A DNA stretch of 64,000 nt from an uncultured Gammaproteobacteria bacterium. GTDB lineage: Bacteria > Patescibacteriota > Microgenomatia > UBA10105 > UBA927. The DNA lies in the NCBI GenBank assembly GCA_964515005.1, contig CAZEVT010000001.1, positions 229,616 to 293,615 of the forward strand. Reading direction: 5' to 3'. Made by a program: the position numbers and the translations under genes. Below the pieces are notes generated by a model. That model saw nothing but the letters and a program-made list of their open reading frames with translations. It made no database searches and was not told the origin of the DNA. Positions 27,615 through 37,545 of this stretch are shown here, one piece after another (the first letter of the stretch is position 1; every line of letters begins with the position of its first letter).

Positions 27615-28502
27615 ATGAATCGCCTCGTTCTTATCGATGGCAACGCGGTTTTGCACCGCGCGTACCATGCAATTCCACCCCTCACCGCGCCTGATGGGTC
27701 GGTCGTCAATGCGGTCTACGGATTTGCATCGATGCTTGTCCGGCTCGTCCACGATCTCAAGCCTACTCATATTGCGGTAGCCTTTGACCGCCCCAAGCCC
27801 ACTTTCCGGAAGAAACTGTTTGAAGGCTACCAGGCCAAGCGTCCGAAGATGGACGACGCGCTTTCCGACCAGATTCCCAAAGTGCATGATTTGATCACCG
27901 CCTTCGGGATTCCGATTTTTGAAAAAGACGGATTTGAGGCAGATGACGTGCTCGGAACACTGGCAAAAAAAGCCAGAGATCAAGTGATCATTGTGACGGG
28001 GGATAGAGATATATTGCAGCTTGTTAAAGATGATAAAGTTTTTGTGTACATGCCTACGAAAGGGTTATCCGAGGCGAAATTGTACGATGAAAAAGCCGTG
28101 GTCGAACGGATGGGAGTGGCACCAAACAAAATTCCGGATTTTAAGGCACTGGCCGGAGATCCATCCGATAACTATCCCGGAGTACCCGGCATTGGTCCCA
28201 AAACAGCGGTCGCACTCCTCACCAAATACAAATCTCTTGAAAAAATTCTTGCAACAAAAGAGCTATCATCAACTGAAAAAGAAAGTGCGCGCATGTCCTA
28301 CGATCTTGCAACAATCCGTACAAACGTGCCTCTTGAAGGCTCCCTCGCGCCCACAGGAAGCCTGAATACGCCGGAAGCGATCGAGGAGTTGAGTAGATAT
28401 GGATTTCGGTCACTCATTAAACGGATAACAGGGGAGGTCAAACAGGAAGTCTCCAAAAAACAAAAGACTCAAAAAACATCCGAGCAGCAGCTGCTGCTGT
28501 AA
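27615..28502 (+). CDS. Stand-alone 5'-3' exonuclease (Pol I N-terminal domain)
   Basis: LIDGNA..HRAYHA, GFEADDV, GDRDILQL and GDPSDNYPGVPGIGPKTA motifs; no polymerase domain. Confidence 0.92.
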   Translation: MNRLVLIDGNAVLHRAYHAIPPLTAPDGSVVNAVYGFASMLVRLVHDLKPTHIAVAFDRPKPTFRKKLFEGYQAKRPKMDDALSDQIPKVHDLITAFGIPIFEKDGFEADDVLGTLAKKARDQVIIVTGDRDILQLVKDDKVFVYMPTKGLSEAKLYDEKAVVERMGVAPNKIPDFKALAGDPSDNYPGVPGIGPKTAVALLTKYKSLEKILATKELSSTEKESARMSYDLATIRTNVPLEGSLAPTGSLNTPEAIEELSRYGFRSLIKRITGEVKQEVSKKQKTQKTSEQQLLL

Positions 28503-28504
28503 CT

Positions 28505-29632
28505 ATGAAGATCGCTCTTGTTCATGATTATTTAGGAGAATTTGGTGGCGCGGAACGGGTCCTTCTTTCCCTCTGCGAGATGTTCCCCGAGGCGCCGATT
28601 TACACCGCATTTACCCGCCCGGGGCCGGCGTTGGACCGGTTTGGCGGCCGTGATATCCGTGTCTCCTGGGCCCAGCATATCCCCGGATTTGCAACGAAAC
28701 TCCATAGTCCGCTACGGTTTCTGGCGCCCGCCATCTGGAACAGTTTTGATTTTTCCGGCTACGACGTCATTATCGGTTCCTCAAGTTGGTACATTACCAA
28801 GGGGTTTGCCAAAAAAGGCCCTTCGACAGGCTCAGGGCGATCGAAGACGATCGAGATTTGCTATTGTCACACGCCACCCCGATGGCTTTATGGCTATCCG
28901 ACGTCCATTGAGTGGCAACGGTATGGAATTGTCCGCGCGTATGCCACGGTTGTCGGATTTTTCATGCGGCAGTACGACTACACCGCCGCCCAACGGGTTG
29001 ACTGGTTCATCGCCAACTCCAAAGAAACACAAAAAAGAATTCAGAAATTTTACCGGCGGGACTCGACCGTCATCTACCCGCCGATTGAACTCCCCAAGAT
29101 CCCAAAAGTGAAAAAAGGAAATTATTATCTTGTTGCATCGCGCTTGGTCGGCGGCAAAGGACTAACGCTTGCGGTTGCTGCAGCCAAAAAACTGGGATTT
29201 CCCCTGAAGATTGTCGGGGCGCCGGCCGGATATGGGAGAGAGTTTGAAGCCCTGCAAAAACACGCCGGCAAAAATATTGAATTTCTTGGCTACATTTCCG
29301 ATATGGAGCTGGCCCGGCTCTACGCCGGAGCGAAAGCATTTTTGGCTTTGGCCACCGACGAAGATTTTGGTATGACGCCGGTTGAGGCAATGGCCGCAGG
29401 CACTCCAGTTATTGCATTCGATGGGGGAGGATACCAGGAGTCGGTTATTGACGGAAAGACAGGAGTATTATTCCGTGCGCCTTCCGTTGACGGTCTTGTC
29501 TCAGCAATCGAAAAGTTGAACAAGATAACAATTTCTTCCGCCGCCTGCATCGCCCAGGCCCAAAAATTCAGCAAACGGAGATTTCAAAAACAATTCAAAG
29601 CCTTCGTTGAGGAAAAGTACACTTCCCAGTAG
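28505..29632 (+). CDS. Glycosyltransferase family 4
   Basis: ALVHDYL...GGAERV, CYCHTPPR and EDFGMTPVEAMAAGTPVI motifs. Confidence 0.92.
   Translation: MKIALVHDYLGEFGGAERVLLSLCEMFPEAPIYTAFTRPGPALDRFGGRDIRVSWAQHIPGFATKLHSPLRFLAPAIWNSFDFSGYDVIIGSSSWYITKGFAKKGPSTGSGRSKTIEICYCHTPPRWLYGYPTSIEWQRYGIVRAYATVVGFFMRQYDYTAAQRVDWFIANSKETQKRIQKFYRRDSTVIYPPIELPKIPKVKKGNYYLVASRLVGGKGLTLAVAAAKKLGFPLKIVGAPAGYGREFEALQKHAGKNIEFLGYISDMELARLYAGAKAFLALATDEDFGMTPVEAMAAGTPVIAFDGGGYQESVIDGKTGVLFRAPSVDGLVSAIEKLNKITISSAACIAQAQKFSKRRFQKQFKAFVEEKYTSQ
28819..28837. repeat. REP-like palindrome inside the GT4 coding sequence (encodes PSTGSG)
   Basis: CCCTTCGACAGGCTCAGGG, related to the element at 17149-17179. Confidence 0.6.
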
Positions 29633-29660
29633 CCTCGAAAACGCGTATACTTAGATTCAT

Positions 29661-30581
29661 ATGGGGGTACTCACGGTAAAAAATCTTACGAAGCGGTTTG
29701 GAAAATTTACCGCAGTAGACAACATTTCTTTTGACGTAGCGGAAGGAGAGATTGTCGGGCTTCTTGGCCCCAATGGGGCAGGGAAGACGACCACCATTCA
29801 GATGTTATTGGATTTGGTTACCCCTAGCTCCGGGGCGATTTGCTATTTCGGTAAGCCGTTTCCCAAAGAGCGCCAGTACATTCTTTCCCGCATTAACTTT
29901 GCTTCAGCCTACGCGCATATGCAAGGGAGGATGACCGTGGGCCAAGACTTGGATATTTACGCAGGATTGTATGAGGTAAAAAATCCCCGTCAGAAAATCC
30001 GTGAACTACTGGTGCTTTTGGAAATCGAAGGCCTTGAACACGAGTTGTTTTGGCATTTGTCTGCGGGTCAAAAAACACGGGTAATATTGGCAAAAGCGTT
30101 CCTCAATAGCCCGCAGCTCATCCTTATGGACGAGCCAACCGCGAGTCTTGACCCTGATATTGCCAACAAAGTGGTGGAATTTATAGAGGGGCTGCAAAAA
30201 AAGGAGCGCGTATCGATTTTGTATACCTCGCATAATATGGCAGAGGTAGAGAGGCTTTGCGACCGGGTGATATTCTTGGATCACGGCAAGATTGTTGCCG
30301 AGGATACGCCCTTGGGGCTCACCAAGCGCGTCGGAAACTCACGCCTTATCCTCACCTTTGACGGAGATAAGGGCCCGGTCGCACGATACTTAGACACAGA
30401 AGGTTTAGCACACACATTTCCGCGGGCACATGCGGTCGCTATTTCCCTCCTTGAAACGGACATACCAAAGGTGCTCTTTGGGTTTCGGAAACACAAGGTT
30501 TGGATTACGGAAATCGATGTTGAGAAACCCGATTTAGAAGACGTATTTTTATCAATTGCCGGAGGAACATATGAGCAGTAA
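29661..30581 (+). CDS. ABC-2 type transporter ATP-binding protein
   Basis: GPNGAGKTT, LSAGQ, MDEPTASLD and TSHNM motifs. Confidence 0.93.
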   Translation: MGVLTVKNLTKRFGKFTAVDNISFDVAEGEIVGLLGPNGAGKTTTIQMLLDLVTPSSGAICYFGKPFPKERQYILSRINFASAYAHMQGRMTVGQDLDIYAGLYEVKNPRQKIRELLVLLEIEGLEHELFWHLSAGQKTRVILAKAFLNSPQLILMDEPTASLDPDIANKVVEFIEGLQKKERVSILYTSHNMAEVERLCDRVIFLDHGKIVAEDTPLGLTKRVGNSRLILTFDGDKGPVARYLDTEGLAHTFPRAHAVAISLLETDIPKVLFGFRKHKVWITEIDVEKPDLEDVFLSIAGGTYEQ

Positions 30582-31353
30582 GAGACTTAAGGTCGTCCTT
30601 CTCCATACGTGGTATCACTTTTTACATAGTGTCGAAACATGGGTGGATGTATTTTGGCAACCGGCTATTCAGATGTGGGTGTATACCTTGATCGCCCTTT
30701 CCTTTGGGGCAACCGGAGACGCGCGGGGCACGAATATCATGGTGGGCATGATTTTTTGGAATTTTATATGGGTGGGGGAGTATGCAATTACCGTCGGAGC
30801 GCTGTGGGAAGTGTGGGCGCGAAGCTTCAGCAGTCTGTTTATTTCGCCTTTATCGATGGAGGAGTTTATTGTAGGTCAGATGATCTCAGGGACGCTCAAA
30901 TCACTCATGGCCTTTGCGATGACATCAGTCATTGCGTATTTTTTGTACCATTTTTCTATCCTCTCACTTGGGTGGACGACGATCATCTACATTCTCGAAC
31001 TGTTGGTTTTTTCATGGGCGCTGGGTTTGATGGTTTTAGGCCTCATTTTCCGCTTCGGCATGCAGATACAGTCGTTGTCCTGGGCGCTGGTTTTTTTGAT
31101 ACAGCCCATTGGCGCCGTGTTTTATCCGGTATCGGTGTTGCCTGCTAGTATCAGGTGGATTTCCTACAGCATGCCCTCGACGTATGTATTTGAAACCATG
31201 CGTGGACAGTTGACTCATGGCGTTGTTGATTGGCGGGCGCTGGCGATTGCCGGCATACTCAATGTAGTGTGGTTTGTTGCGGGGTGGATTATTTTTCAGA
31301 TTATCTACCGAGGCGTGAAGCGAAGCGGAGCGTTTGTGAGGCTGGAGGGATAA
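30571..31353 (+). CDS. ABC-2 type transporter permease
   Basis: Six TM segments, VFYPVSVLP..I..IS...PSTYVFE; overlaps the ATPase gene. Confidence 0.88.
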   Translation: MSSKRLKVVLLHTWYHFLHSVETWVDVFWQPAIQMWVYTLIALSFGATGDARGTNIMVGMIFWNFIWVGEYAITVGALWEVWARSFSSLFISPLSMEEFIVGQMISGTLKSLMAFAMTSVIAYFLYHFSILSLGWTTIIYILELLVFSWALGLMVLGLIFRFGMQIQSLSWALVFLIQPIGAVFYPVSVLPASIRWISYSMPSTYVFETMRGQLTHGVVDWRALAIAGILNVVWFVAGWIIFQIIYRGVKRSGAFVRLEG

Positions 31354-31376
31354 ATAGGTGGGCAGAAAAAAAAATC

Positions 31377-33938
31377 TTAGTTTTCTTGTTCTTCAACTTT
31401 CTTATCAAAGTGGTCAATGTTTAAATCATATGAGTAAATCCATGATTGTCCGTTCGGGTCGATGCGCGTTTGGCCTTGTAGTGCAGGCGAAGAATAATTT
31501 TCTTTATGGGGAAATAGTACCGCGAGTGCGGCTAAACGTTCTGCTAATTGATATTTCGCGTACCAGTCACGAATGGTACGTACAACAAATCGAGCTTGTT
31601 CAATGGCCGATTCGTCATCCATGAGTTTTTCTCCGATTTTGGGTATGACCGTTTCAACCAATTGACCAGATTTAGTGTCTACGGGTATGTTATAAGTGAT
31701 GAAGGTGTCGGCATCTTTTTCGTCAAGCTCCCGAAGGTGAGGTCCGTGCGGATGTATCTGAATGATAAACTCATTGTTGCTTGAGCAAGACGCGGTCCAG
31801 GCGCAGTGCTGAAATTTAATTTCGGGGATTTCGGATAATTTATCTTTTGGAATATGGCCGACAAAAATTTCTGTAAGCGCTGCGTTTCCCCGCCACGCGT
31901 GATATCCGCCATATTTTGATTTTGTATAAAATGGATTGGCAAAAAACTCATCAATATCCTCTTCTGATGTGAAGACGGCCCACGGGCCTTTCCCGCCGTC
32001 AACATCCGGGAAGTGTGCGGTTCGAAGCGTGGCATCCCCGCCCGAACGGAGAATTTCCTTCACACGGCTTTTGATACCCACCACATCGTCTGCTTGTTTG
32101 ATATCGTACTCCATACGGATGTCCCGGGGAATTACCTGAATAAATGCGGCTTCAATCTTGGCTTTTCTGGATTGATATTCTTCCAAAGAAGTAAGCTTTT
32201 GGGTTGCCGTTTCGGCAATGTCGGAGATTTTCCATTCATCTTCCGGCGTCACTAAAAGTTGCCAAGGGTTTTGTCTCCGCTGCACATCCCACGATTTTGC
32301 TATTTCCAGAGCGTCCGCTGTTAAAAGGCTGCTCCCTGGTATTTCGGCGAGGGGGATAATCCCTCGGAATACTTCCCCAGTGGTTCCGTTTATGGTGACG
32401 ACGTCTCCTTTTTGTAGAGATTGATGCAGGCGGCCATCAAAAATGATCGGTCGATTCATACGCGCTCCTATGCGACCGGAGTGCGCGCCAATGCCTCCGC
32501 CGTGAGTGAACACACCTGCCACATTTTGAGGAAGTTTCAATAGATCGATCTTGGTGTTTTTTGGGGCCATCAGTACAACGTCAAGACGTGGTTGTTTTTT
32601 GGCCTCTTCTATGGAAAATACGACTACCCCGGTCGCGTGCCCATTCGTTATTCGTTGTCCGGTCGTGACCAAATCCCGAAGTCTTGCTTTTTCCATGGCT
32701 TTGGGGTCCAAATCGTAGTCCAAAACTGAATAGAGAATTCCCGCGGTTGCCAGCCGCATTGCAGTTTTTTCTGACATCTTTGCATCCTTTATTTGTTCGA
32801 GGAGCCAGAGAACATATGCGGGATTGGTGAGTGGTTCTCTGCGATCCTGAAGACCCCATCTATGTTCGTGTCCTTCAGCATCAACTTGGATGGTAAATTC
32901 AAAGTCCCGGGGGAATTGATAATAACTTTCAAGATCCTGGATCCACCTGCGTATTTCCTGTTTACCCGCATCGGAAATTGGAAGATCATCAATACTCATC
33001 TGTCTGTGTGGCGAGTCGCCGACAGGCGCATTTCCTTGCACGTGGGGTAACCATCCGACCACAGGCTCCTTGTCCAGTGTTTGCGGATCCCGCGAAAGCA
33101 CAACGCCGGACCCAGACCCTTCCCATTGAGAATTACCCCATACCATTCTCTGTACGGTGACTGCGGTTCCCAAATACTCCGATATACCAAACCGCCTGCG
33201 GTAGGCAATAGCTTCCGGACTGTTCCAAGATTCAAATACCGCATTCGTAGCCAAACGAAGTTGTTCATGAGGGTCCTGGGGAAATTCTTGGCACATATAT
33301 TTTACCCGAGCCTTCGTTATTTCCAAAAAAGATTTGATCATGAATAAGGGCAGTTCGTTGATACGTGCAAACCCCAGTGCTTCTTTGGCCGTGTCTTTGA
33401 GTTTTTCAATAACGGACATGTCGACGTGACAGATGTCCTCGGCAAATTGTTTGACGAAATGGTAATATGCAATCCACGCAGCATTTTCTCCAATTTCCTT
33501 TGCAAGCGCATGGATGGTATTTTTATTGAGTCCGATATTGAGGATTGTTTTCATGGCACCGGGCATGGAAGTTTCAGCGCCGGATCGGACGGAAACAAAT
33601 AAGGGGTGTTCCGGGTCACCGAAGCGTTCCTTAGTGATCTTTTCCAACTGACCCACGCGTGTCGTCAATTCTTCAGCCACTGGTTTCGGTAAAGCATTTT
33701 CAGAAAGATATGCTCTTCCTACATCGGTGCTTAAAGTAAACTCCGGGGGAATGGGGATTCCAAGCTTCGTCATTACCAAAAGACTTAACGCTTTACCACC
33801 GAGGGCTTCCTTCGTTGCGGGAACGAGTGAGTCTTCATCGGTATCCCAGGATGCCCGGCTGTATGAAAATTGCCGCGGTTCTCCCTCGGTTGAATGTAAT
33901 CTGTCCTGTTCTGGCCGTCTTAACGATGTGGATGCCAT
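31377..33938 (-). CDS. PPDK-like protein: ATP-grasp domain, phosphohistidine swivel domain and an unrecognised C-terminal domain
   Basis: LGGKA, VSVRSGA..SMPGAM.TILNIG, AVFESWNS..A..YR, GTAVTVQRMVWGN, DFEFT and LQDR; THGGGIGAHSG His domain; no PEP/pyruvate TIM-barrel motifs. Confidence 0.8.
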   Translation of the reverse strand: MASTSLRRPEQDRLHSTEGEPRQFSYSRASWDTDEDSLVPATKEALGGKALSLLVMTKLGIPIPPEFTLSTDVGRAYLSENALPKPVAEELTTRVGQLEKITKERFGDPEHPLFVSVRSGAETSMPGAMKTILNIGLNKNTIHALAKEIGENAAWIAYYHFVKQFAEDICHVDMSVIEKLKDTAKEALGFARINELPLFMIKSFLEITKARVKYMCQEFPQDPHEQLRLATNAVFESWNSPEAIAYRRRFGISEYLGTAVTVQRMVWGNSQWEGSGSGVVLSRDPQTLDKEPVVGWLPHVQGNAPVGDSPHRQMSIDDLPISDAGKQEIRRWIQDLESYYQFPRDFEFTIQVDAEGHEHRWGLQDRREPLTNPAYVLWLLEQIKDAKMSEKTAMRLATAGILYSVLDYDLDPKAMEKARLRDLVTTGQRITNGHATGVVVFSIEEAKKQPRLDVVLMAPKNTKIDLLKLPQNVAGVFTHGGGIGAHSGRIGARMNRPIIFDGRLHQSLQKGDVVTINGTTGEVFRGIIPLAEIPGSSLLTADALEIAKSWDVQRRQNPWQLLVTPEDEWKISDIAETATQKLTSLEEYQSRKAKIEAAFIQVIPRDIRMEYDIKQADDVVGIKSRVKEILRSGGDATLRTAHFPDVDGGKGPWAVFTSEEDIDEFFANPFYTKSKYGGYHAWRGNAALTEIFVGHIPKDKLSEIPEIKFQHCAWTASCSSNNEFIIQIHPHGPHLRELDEKDADTFITYNIPVDTKSGQLVETVIPKIGEKLMDDESAIEQARFVVRTIRDWYAKYQLAERLAALAVLFPHKENYSSPALQGQTRIDPNGQSWIYSYDLNIDHFDKKVEEQEN

Positions 33939-34039
33939 AGCGACTACACGAGCGCGTGTCGGGGGATTGTACCAAAATTAGTCCGAAGAGTAAAACTATG
34001 AGGTTGCTATTGATTGTATTGTATCACACAGTGTAATCG

Positions 34040-34663
34040 TTAAACAGAGGCACGTATTACTGAGGGAGGTTTGATGGTGAGCGCAATGGTTCTAATAATA
34101 TCTTTTTTGAGCCCTTCATGTTCTAGATCGCGTGAGTGGATTGAAACAACCGGAAGATGTGTTTGGGCTACCCACTCATTGTGAAGCCGTGTGAGCGTAT
34201 CGACAAAATCAGGGTCGGCATCGTCATGACCTTTATTGCGACGTTTTAGCCTTGCCATAAGAAAATCCTTGTCATCTTTGAGGTATAGCGTGAGGTCGGG
34301 GATAGCGAGATGTTGGGTAAGTCGCGCGGCTAAATCACCATATCGGGTGTTTTGGTCGGGAGTCAGAATAATTGTTGAATGCAGGAGGTATGTGGGAAAA
34401 CCAGAATCGATAATCGCGATTTTTCCGTCTTCCAGAAGACGCGTCGCCTCTGAGAGACGCCGGACGTACTGTTGCAAAAACCAAACTTGGTTGTTCCACG
34501 AGTGTTCGCCGCTGCGGTGCGCGTCGGCCATATACGGGTTGTCTTCGGTGGTTTCCAAAAAAACAGTAGCGCCTAACGCCACCCCCAGATCTTTGGCAAA
34601 TGTAGTTTTGCCCCCACATGTGGGGCCGATAAGCTCAATGAGCTTGCCGTATTCTGGAGTCAT
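34040..34663 (-). CDS. Deoxynucleoside kinase family protein
   Basis: P-loop GPTCGGKTT, E...DNPY, QVWFL, PDLTLYL and RLKRRNK lid. Confidence 0.8.
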   Translation of the reverse strand: MTPEYGKLIELIGPTCGGKTTFAKDLGVALGATVFLETTEDNPYMADAHRSGEHSWNNQVWFLQQYVRRLSEATRLLEDGKIAIIDSGFPTYLLHSTIILTPDQNTRYGDLAARLTQHLAIPDLTLYLKDDKDFLMARLKRRNKGHDDADPDFVDTLTRLHNEWVAQTHLPVVSIHSRDLEHEGLKKDIIRTIALTIKPPSVIRASV

Positions 34664-34723
34664 ACGTGACGGGAGTATAGCAGAATGGATACGGAGAGTA
34701 AAACTATAAGATTAAATAGTGTA

Positions 34724-34936
34724 TTAATCTTTTCTACTTGGTTGGTCGCTTCTAACAGCAGTTGTGGCTTCACTCATTGCAGCGCCGGCCGCTTGCGAAG
34801 GCGTGGCACCTGCATCTATGGCGCCTTGTCTCAGTATATCGGCGGTTCTTGCTGCTTTTTTAGCCACTTTCCTGTGGGCATCGGCAATCATTCCTGGTGT
34901 AATTGGTGTTTCCGGTGTGGGTGGTCCTGCTGTCAT
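34724..34936 (-). CDS. Small hypothetical protein
   Basis: 70-aa Ala-rich ORF with an AGGAAG SD-like sequence upstream. Confidence 0.45.
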   Translation of the reverse strand: MTAGPPTPETPITPGMIADAHRKVAKKAARTADILRQGAIDAGATPSQAAGAAMSEATTAVRSDQPSRKD

Positions 34937-34981
34937 ATATTTTCTTCCTAAGTATTGCTAGTTTAACATAGTATGGCTTCG

Positions 34982-35010
34982 TTGACAAATACGTGAGGTT
35001 CCCGTAAGAT
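34982..35010 (+). promoter_or_regulatory. Sigma70 promoter of pyrH-recF
   Basis: TTGACA, 17 bp, TAAGAT. Confidence 0.65.
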
Positions 35011-35021
35011 GATTGCATTGT

Positions 35022-35726
35022 ATGGCTGATAAGAATGGTACATTTATTCTTTCTGTTGGCGGATCTCTCATCATCCCCAATGGTATTGTCGACACCAAAT
35101 TTTTGAGTGAGTTTAATACCTTTATCCGAAAACAAGTCTCCGAAAAAAAGCGGAGATTTTTTATCGTGGTGGGGGGCGGGTCGATTGCCGCTAAATACAT
35201 CGACGCGGCCAAAGAAATACGGGGGAAGGATTTGAGCGACGCAGACAAAGACTGGCTTGGTATTCACGCGACGCGTCTCAACGCTCAACTCGTCCGTACT
35301 GTTTTTCAGGATATTGCCGATGCCCGGGTCATCAAACACTATGAAATTATTTTGAAAATTACCCACCCGGTGGCGGTTGCGGCCGGTTGGAAGCCCGGAT
35401 GGAGTACCGACTACGATGCGGTAACCTTGTGCGCGGATTATGGGGTGCGGGAAGTTATAAACTTAACCAATATCGACAAAGTCTATGACAAAGATCCGAA
35501 TAAGTTTACCGATGCCAAACCGATGGATGAGATCACCTGGAAAAAGTACCGCGCGCTCGTCGGCGACACCTGGAGCCCGCGGATGAGCGCTCCCTTTGAC
35601 CCGATTGCATCCAAGCTCGCCCAGGAGCTCGGGATCACCGTCAAAATCCTCAACGGCAAGAATCTCGAGAACCTCGGAAAAGCCCTGGACGAGAAGCCTT
35701 TTTTTGGCACCACGATTCGGGCATGA
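35022..35726 (+). CDS. pyrH: UMP kinase, archaeal-type
   Basis: SVGGSL, VVGGG..A..YI, D.LGI.ATRLNA, PGWSTDYDA, VYDKDP and PFDPIA motifs. Confidence 0.92.
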   Translation: MADKNGTFILSVGGSLIIPNGIVDTKFLSEFNTFIRKQVSEKKRRFFIVVGGGSIAAKYIDAAKEIRGKDLSDADKDWLGIHATRLNAQLVRTVFQDIADARVIKHYEIILKITHPVAVAAGWKPGWSTDYDAVTLCADYGVREVINLTNIDKVYDKDPNKFTDAKPMDEITWKKYRALVGDTWSPRMSAPFDPIASKLAQELGITVKILNGKNLENLGKALDEKPFFGTTIRA

Positions 35727-36742
35727 TTCTCACTGAGCTTAGCCTCCAACAATTCCGAAGCTACGGAAAAAAATCATTTGTGTTTTCTCCCACGACCACT
35801 CTTGTCGTGGGTCCTAATACCGCGGGGAAAACAAATATTCTTGAGGCGATTATGATGATGGCAACGGGTAAAAGTTTCCGCGCGGACCGGGATGCAGAGA
35901 TGATTCGGTGGGGGGATTCGTTCTGCCGAATCAAGGCTCAAATTTCAGATCAAACAACATTGGAATTACTATTAACCCCGACAAAAAAATTTCTCGTCAA
36001 TGGTATTGCACGCCGGCAAATTGACTTTGTCGGTAATCTGCGGGCAGTTCTTTTTTGGCCGGAACACCTGGAACTCGTGACCGATAGCCCCTCGATGCGG
36101 CGAAAGTATTTGGATTATGTACTGGTGCAGATAGACCGCGAGTATCGCAGAAATTTAATTTCTTACGAGCGGGGATTGCGGCAGAGAAACCGTCTTCTAG
36201 ATCTTATTAGCGAGGGCCGCGCGCACCGGCACCAGCTTGGGTTTTGGGACCAGCTGCTGATCCGTTCCGGAGGGTATTTGACGGATAAACGGGCAGCGTA
36301 TATTGACTTTGTCAACAGTTTTCAGTCTTTGGTTGAAGGGTTTCAGATCGAATACGACAAGAGCGTCATCTCAGAGGGGAGACTCCAGCAGTATGGCCAG
36401 GAAGAGGTGGCGGTCAAAGCAACACTGGTGGGACCGCACCGGGATGACTTCGTAGTTCTCAAGAATGATCTGGATTTAAGTAAATACGGAAGCCGCGGGG
36501 AGCAACGCCTCGCCATTTTATGGTTGAAGCTTGCGGAACTTGCGTATATTGATGGTGAAACCGGGGAGCGGCCGCTCCTCATCTTGGATGATATATTTTC
36601 AGAGCTAGACGCGCGTCACCGAAAATTAGTTTTGGATCTTTTGGGTAAACAGCAAACGGTCGTCAGTTCGGCGGAGGAAGAAGTGGTGACCCTTTTCAAA
36701 AGGCGCAAGCTTGCGGCAACCATTATCCGGTTAGGCGGATAA
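35723..36742 (+). CDS. recF: DNA replication/repair protein RecF
   Basis: FRSY, GPNTAGKTNILEAI, GPHRDD, GSRGEQR and LDDIFSELD motifs. Confidence 0.95.
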   Translation: MILTELSLQQFRSYGKKSFVFSPTTTLVVGPNTAGKTNILEAIMMMATGKSFRADRDAEMIRWGDSFCRIKAQISDQTTLELLLTPTKKFLVNGIARRQIDFVGNLRAVLFWPEHLELVTDSPSMRRKYLDYVLVQIDREYRRNLISYERGLRQRNRLLDLISEGRAHRHQLGFWDQLLIRSGGYLTDKRAAYIDFVNSFQSLVEGFQIEYDKSVISEGRLQQYGQEEVAVKATLVGPHRDDFVVLKNDLDLSKYGSRGEQRLAILWLKLAELAYIDGETGERPLLILDDIFSELDARHRKLVLDLLGKQQTVVSSAEEEVVTLFKRRKLAATIIRLGG

Positions 36743-36759
36743 TTGTGTACAATACACTC

Positions 36760-37545
36760 ATGAAAGCAGTAACGACAGATGACGTCAAAATGCTCGTCAC
36801 CCCAGCACGCGGCTCACATAAAGGGCAAAACGGCCGACTTCTGGTTATCGGCGGATCCCACCTGTTTCATGCCGCGAGCCTGTGGGCGCTCACGGTTGCG
36901 TCCCGGATTGTAGACCTCGTGCATTACTCTTCGGTGCCGGAAAACAATGCGATAGTGCACGAAGAAAAAAAAGAATTCAGAAACGGAATCGTGGTACCAC
37001 GAACGGATGTGGATGCCTACATTGAGGAGGACGACGTTATTCTTTTAGGTCCCGGCATGACGCGGGATAGTGAAACAGAAACACTCACGAATTCGTTGCT
37101 TAAGAAATATCCAAATAAACAGTGGGTTTTGGATGCCGGGGCGCTGCAGATGATGGATCTGAATTTTATTCCCAACCACGCCATTCTAACGCCCCACCAC
37201 GGTGAATTTGCGCACGCTTTTGGAGAGGCAGATGTTGCCAGTGTTGCCCGCAAATATCAATGTATTGTGCTTCTCAAAGGAGATAAAGATATCGCTTCTG
37301 ATGGCCGAGAAACACGGATCATTGAGGGCGGAAATCCCGGGATGACCAAGGGTGGGACCGGAGATGTGCTTGCCGGGCTTATTGCGGCTTTGGCCTGTAA
37401 AAACGACCCATTTCTGGCGACAATAGCAGGATCATTTATCAATAAAAAAGCAGGAGACGCGTTATTTGCAAAAGTCGGTCCCTACTTTAATGCCACGGAC
37501 CTTGCCAACCAAATTCCCCTGACGATGAAAGAGCTTCTTTTATAG
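36760..37545 (+). CDS. nnrD: ADP-dependent NAD(P)H-hydrate dehydratase
   Basis: SHKGQNG.LLVIGGS, GPGM, LDAGAL, TPHHGEF and GGTGDVLAG motifs. Confidence 0.92.
   Translation: MKAVTTDDVKMLVTPARGSHKGQNGRLLVIGGSHLFHAASLWALTVASRIVDLVHYSSVPENNAIVHEEKKEFRNGIVVPRTDVDAYIEEDDVILLGPGMTRDSETETLTNSLLKKYPNKQWVLDAGALQMMDLNFIPNHAILTPHHGEFAHAFGEADVASVARKYQCIVLLKGDKDIASDGRETRIIEGGNPGMTKGGTGDVLAGLIAALACKNDPFLATIAGSFINKKAGDALFAKVGPYFNATDLANQIPLTMKELLL

Noticed and set aside
34960-34990. dif-like site (TTTAACATA resembles a XerD arm)
   Set aside because: The second arm does not match, and the region is better explained as the pyrH promoter
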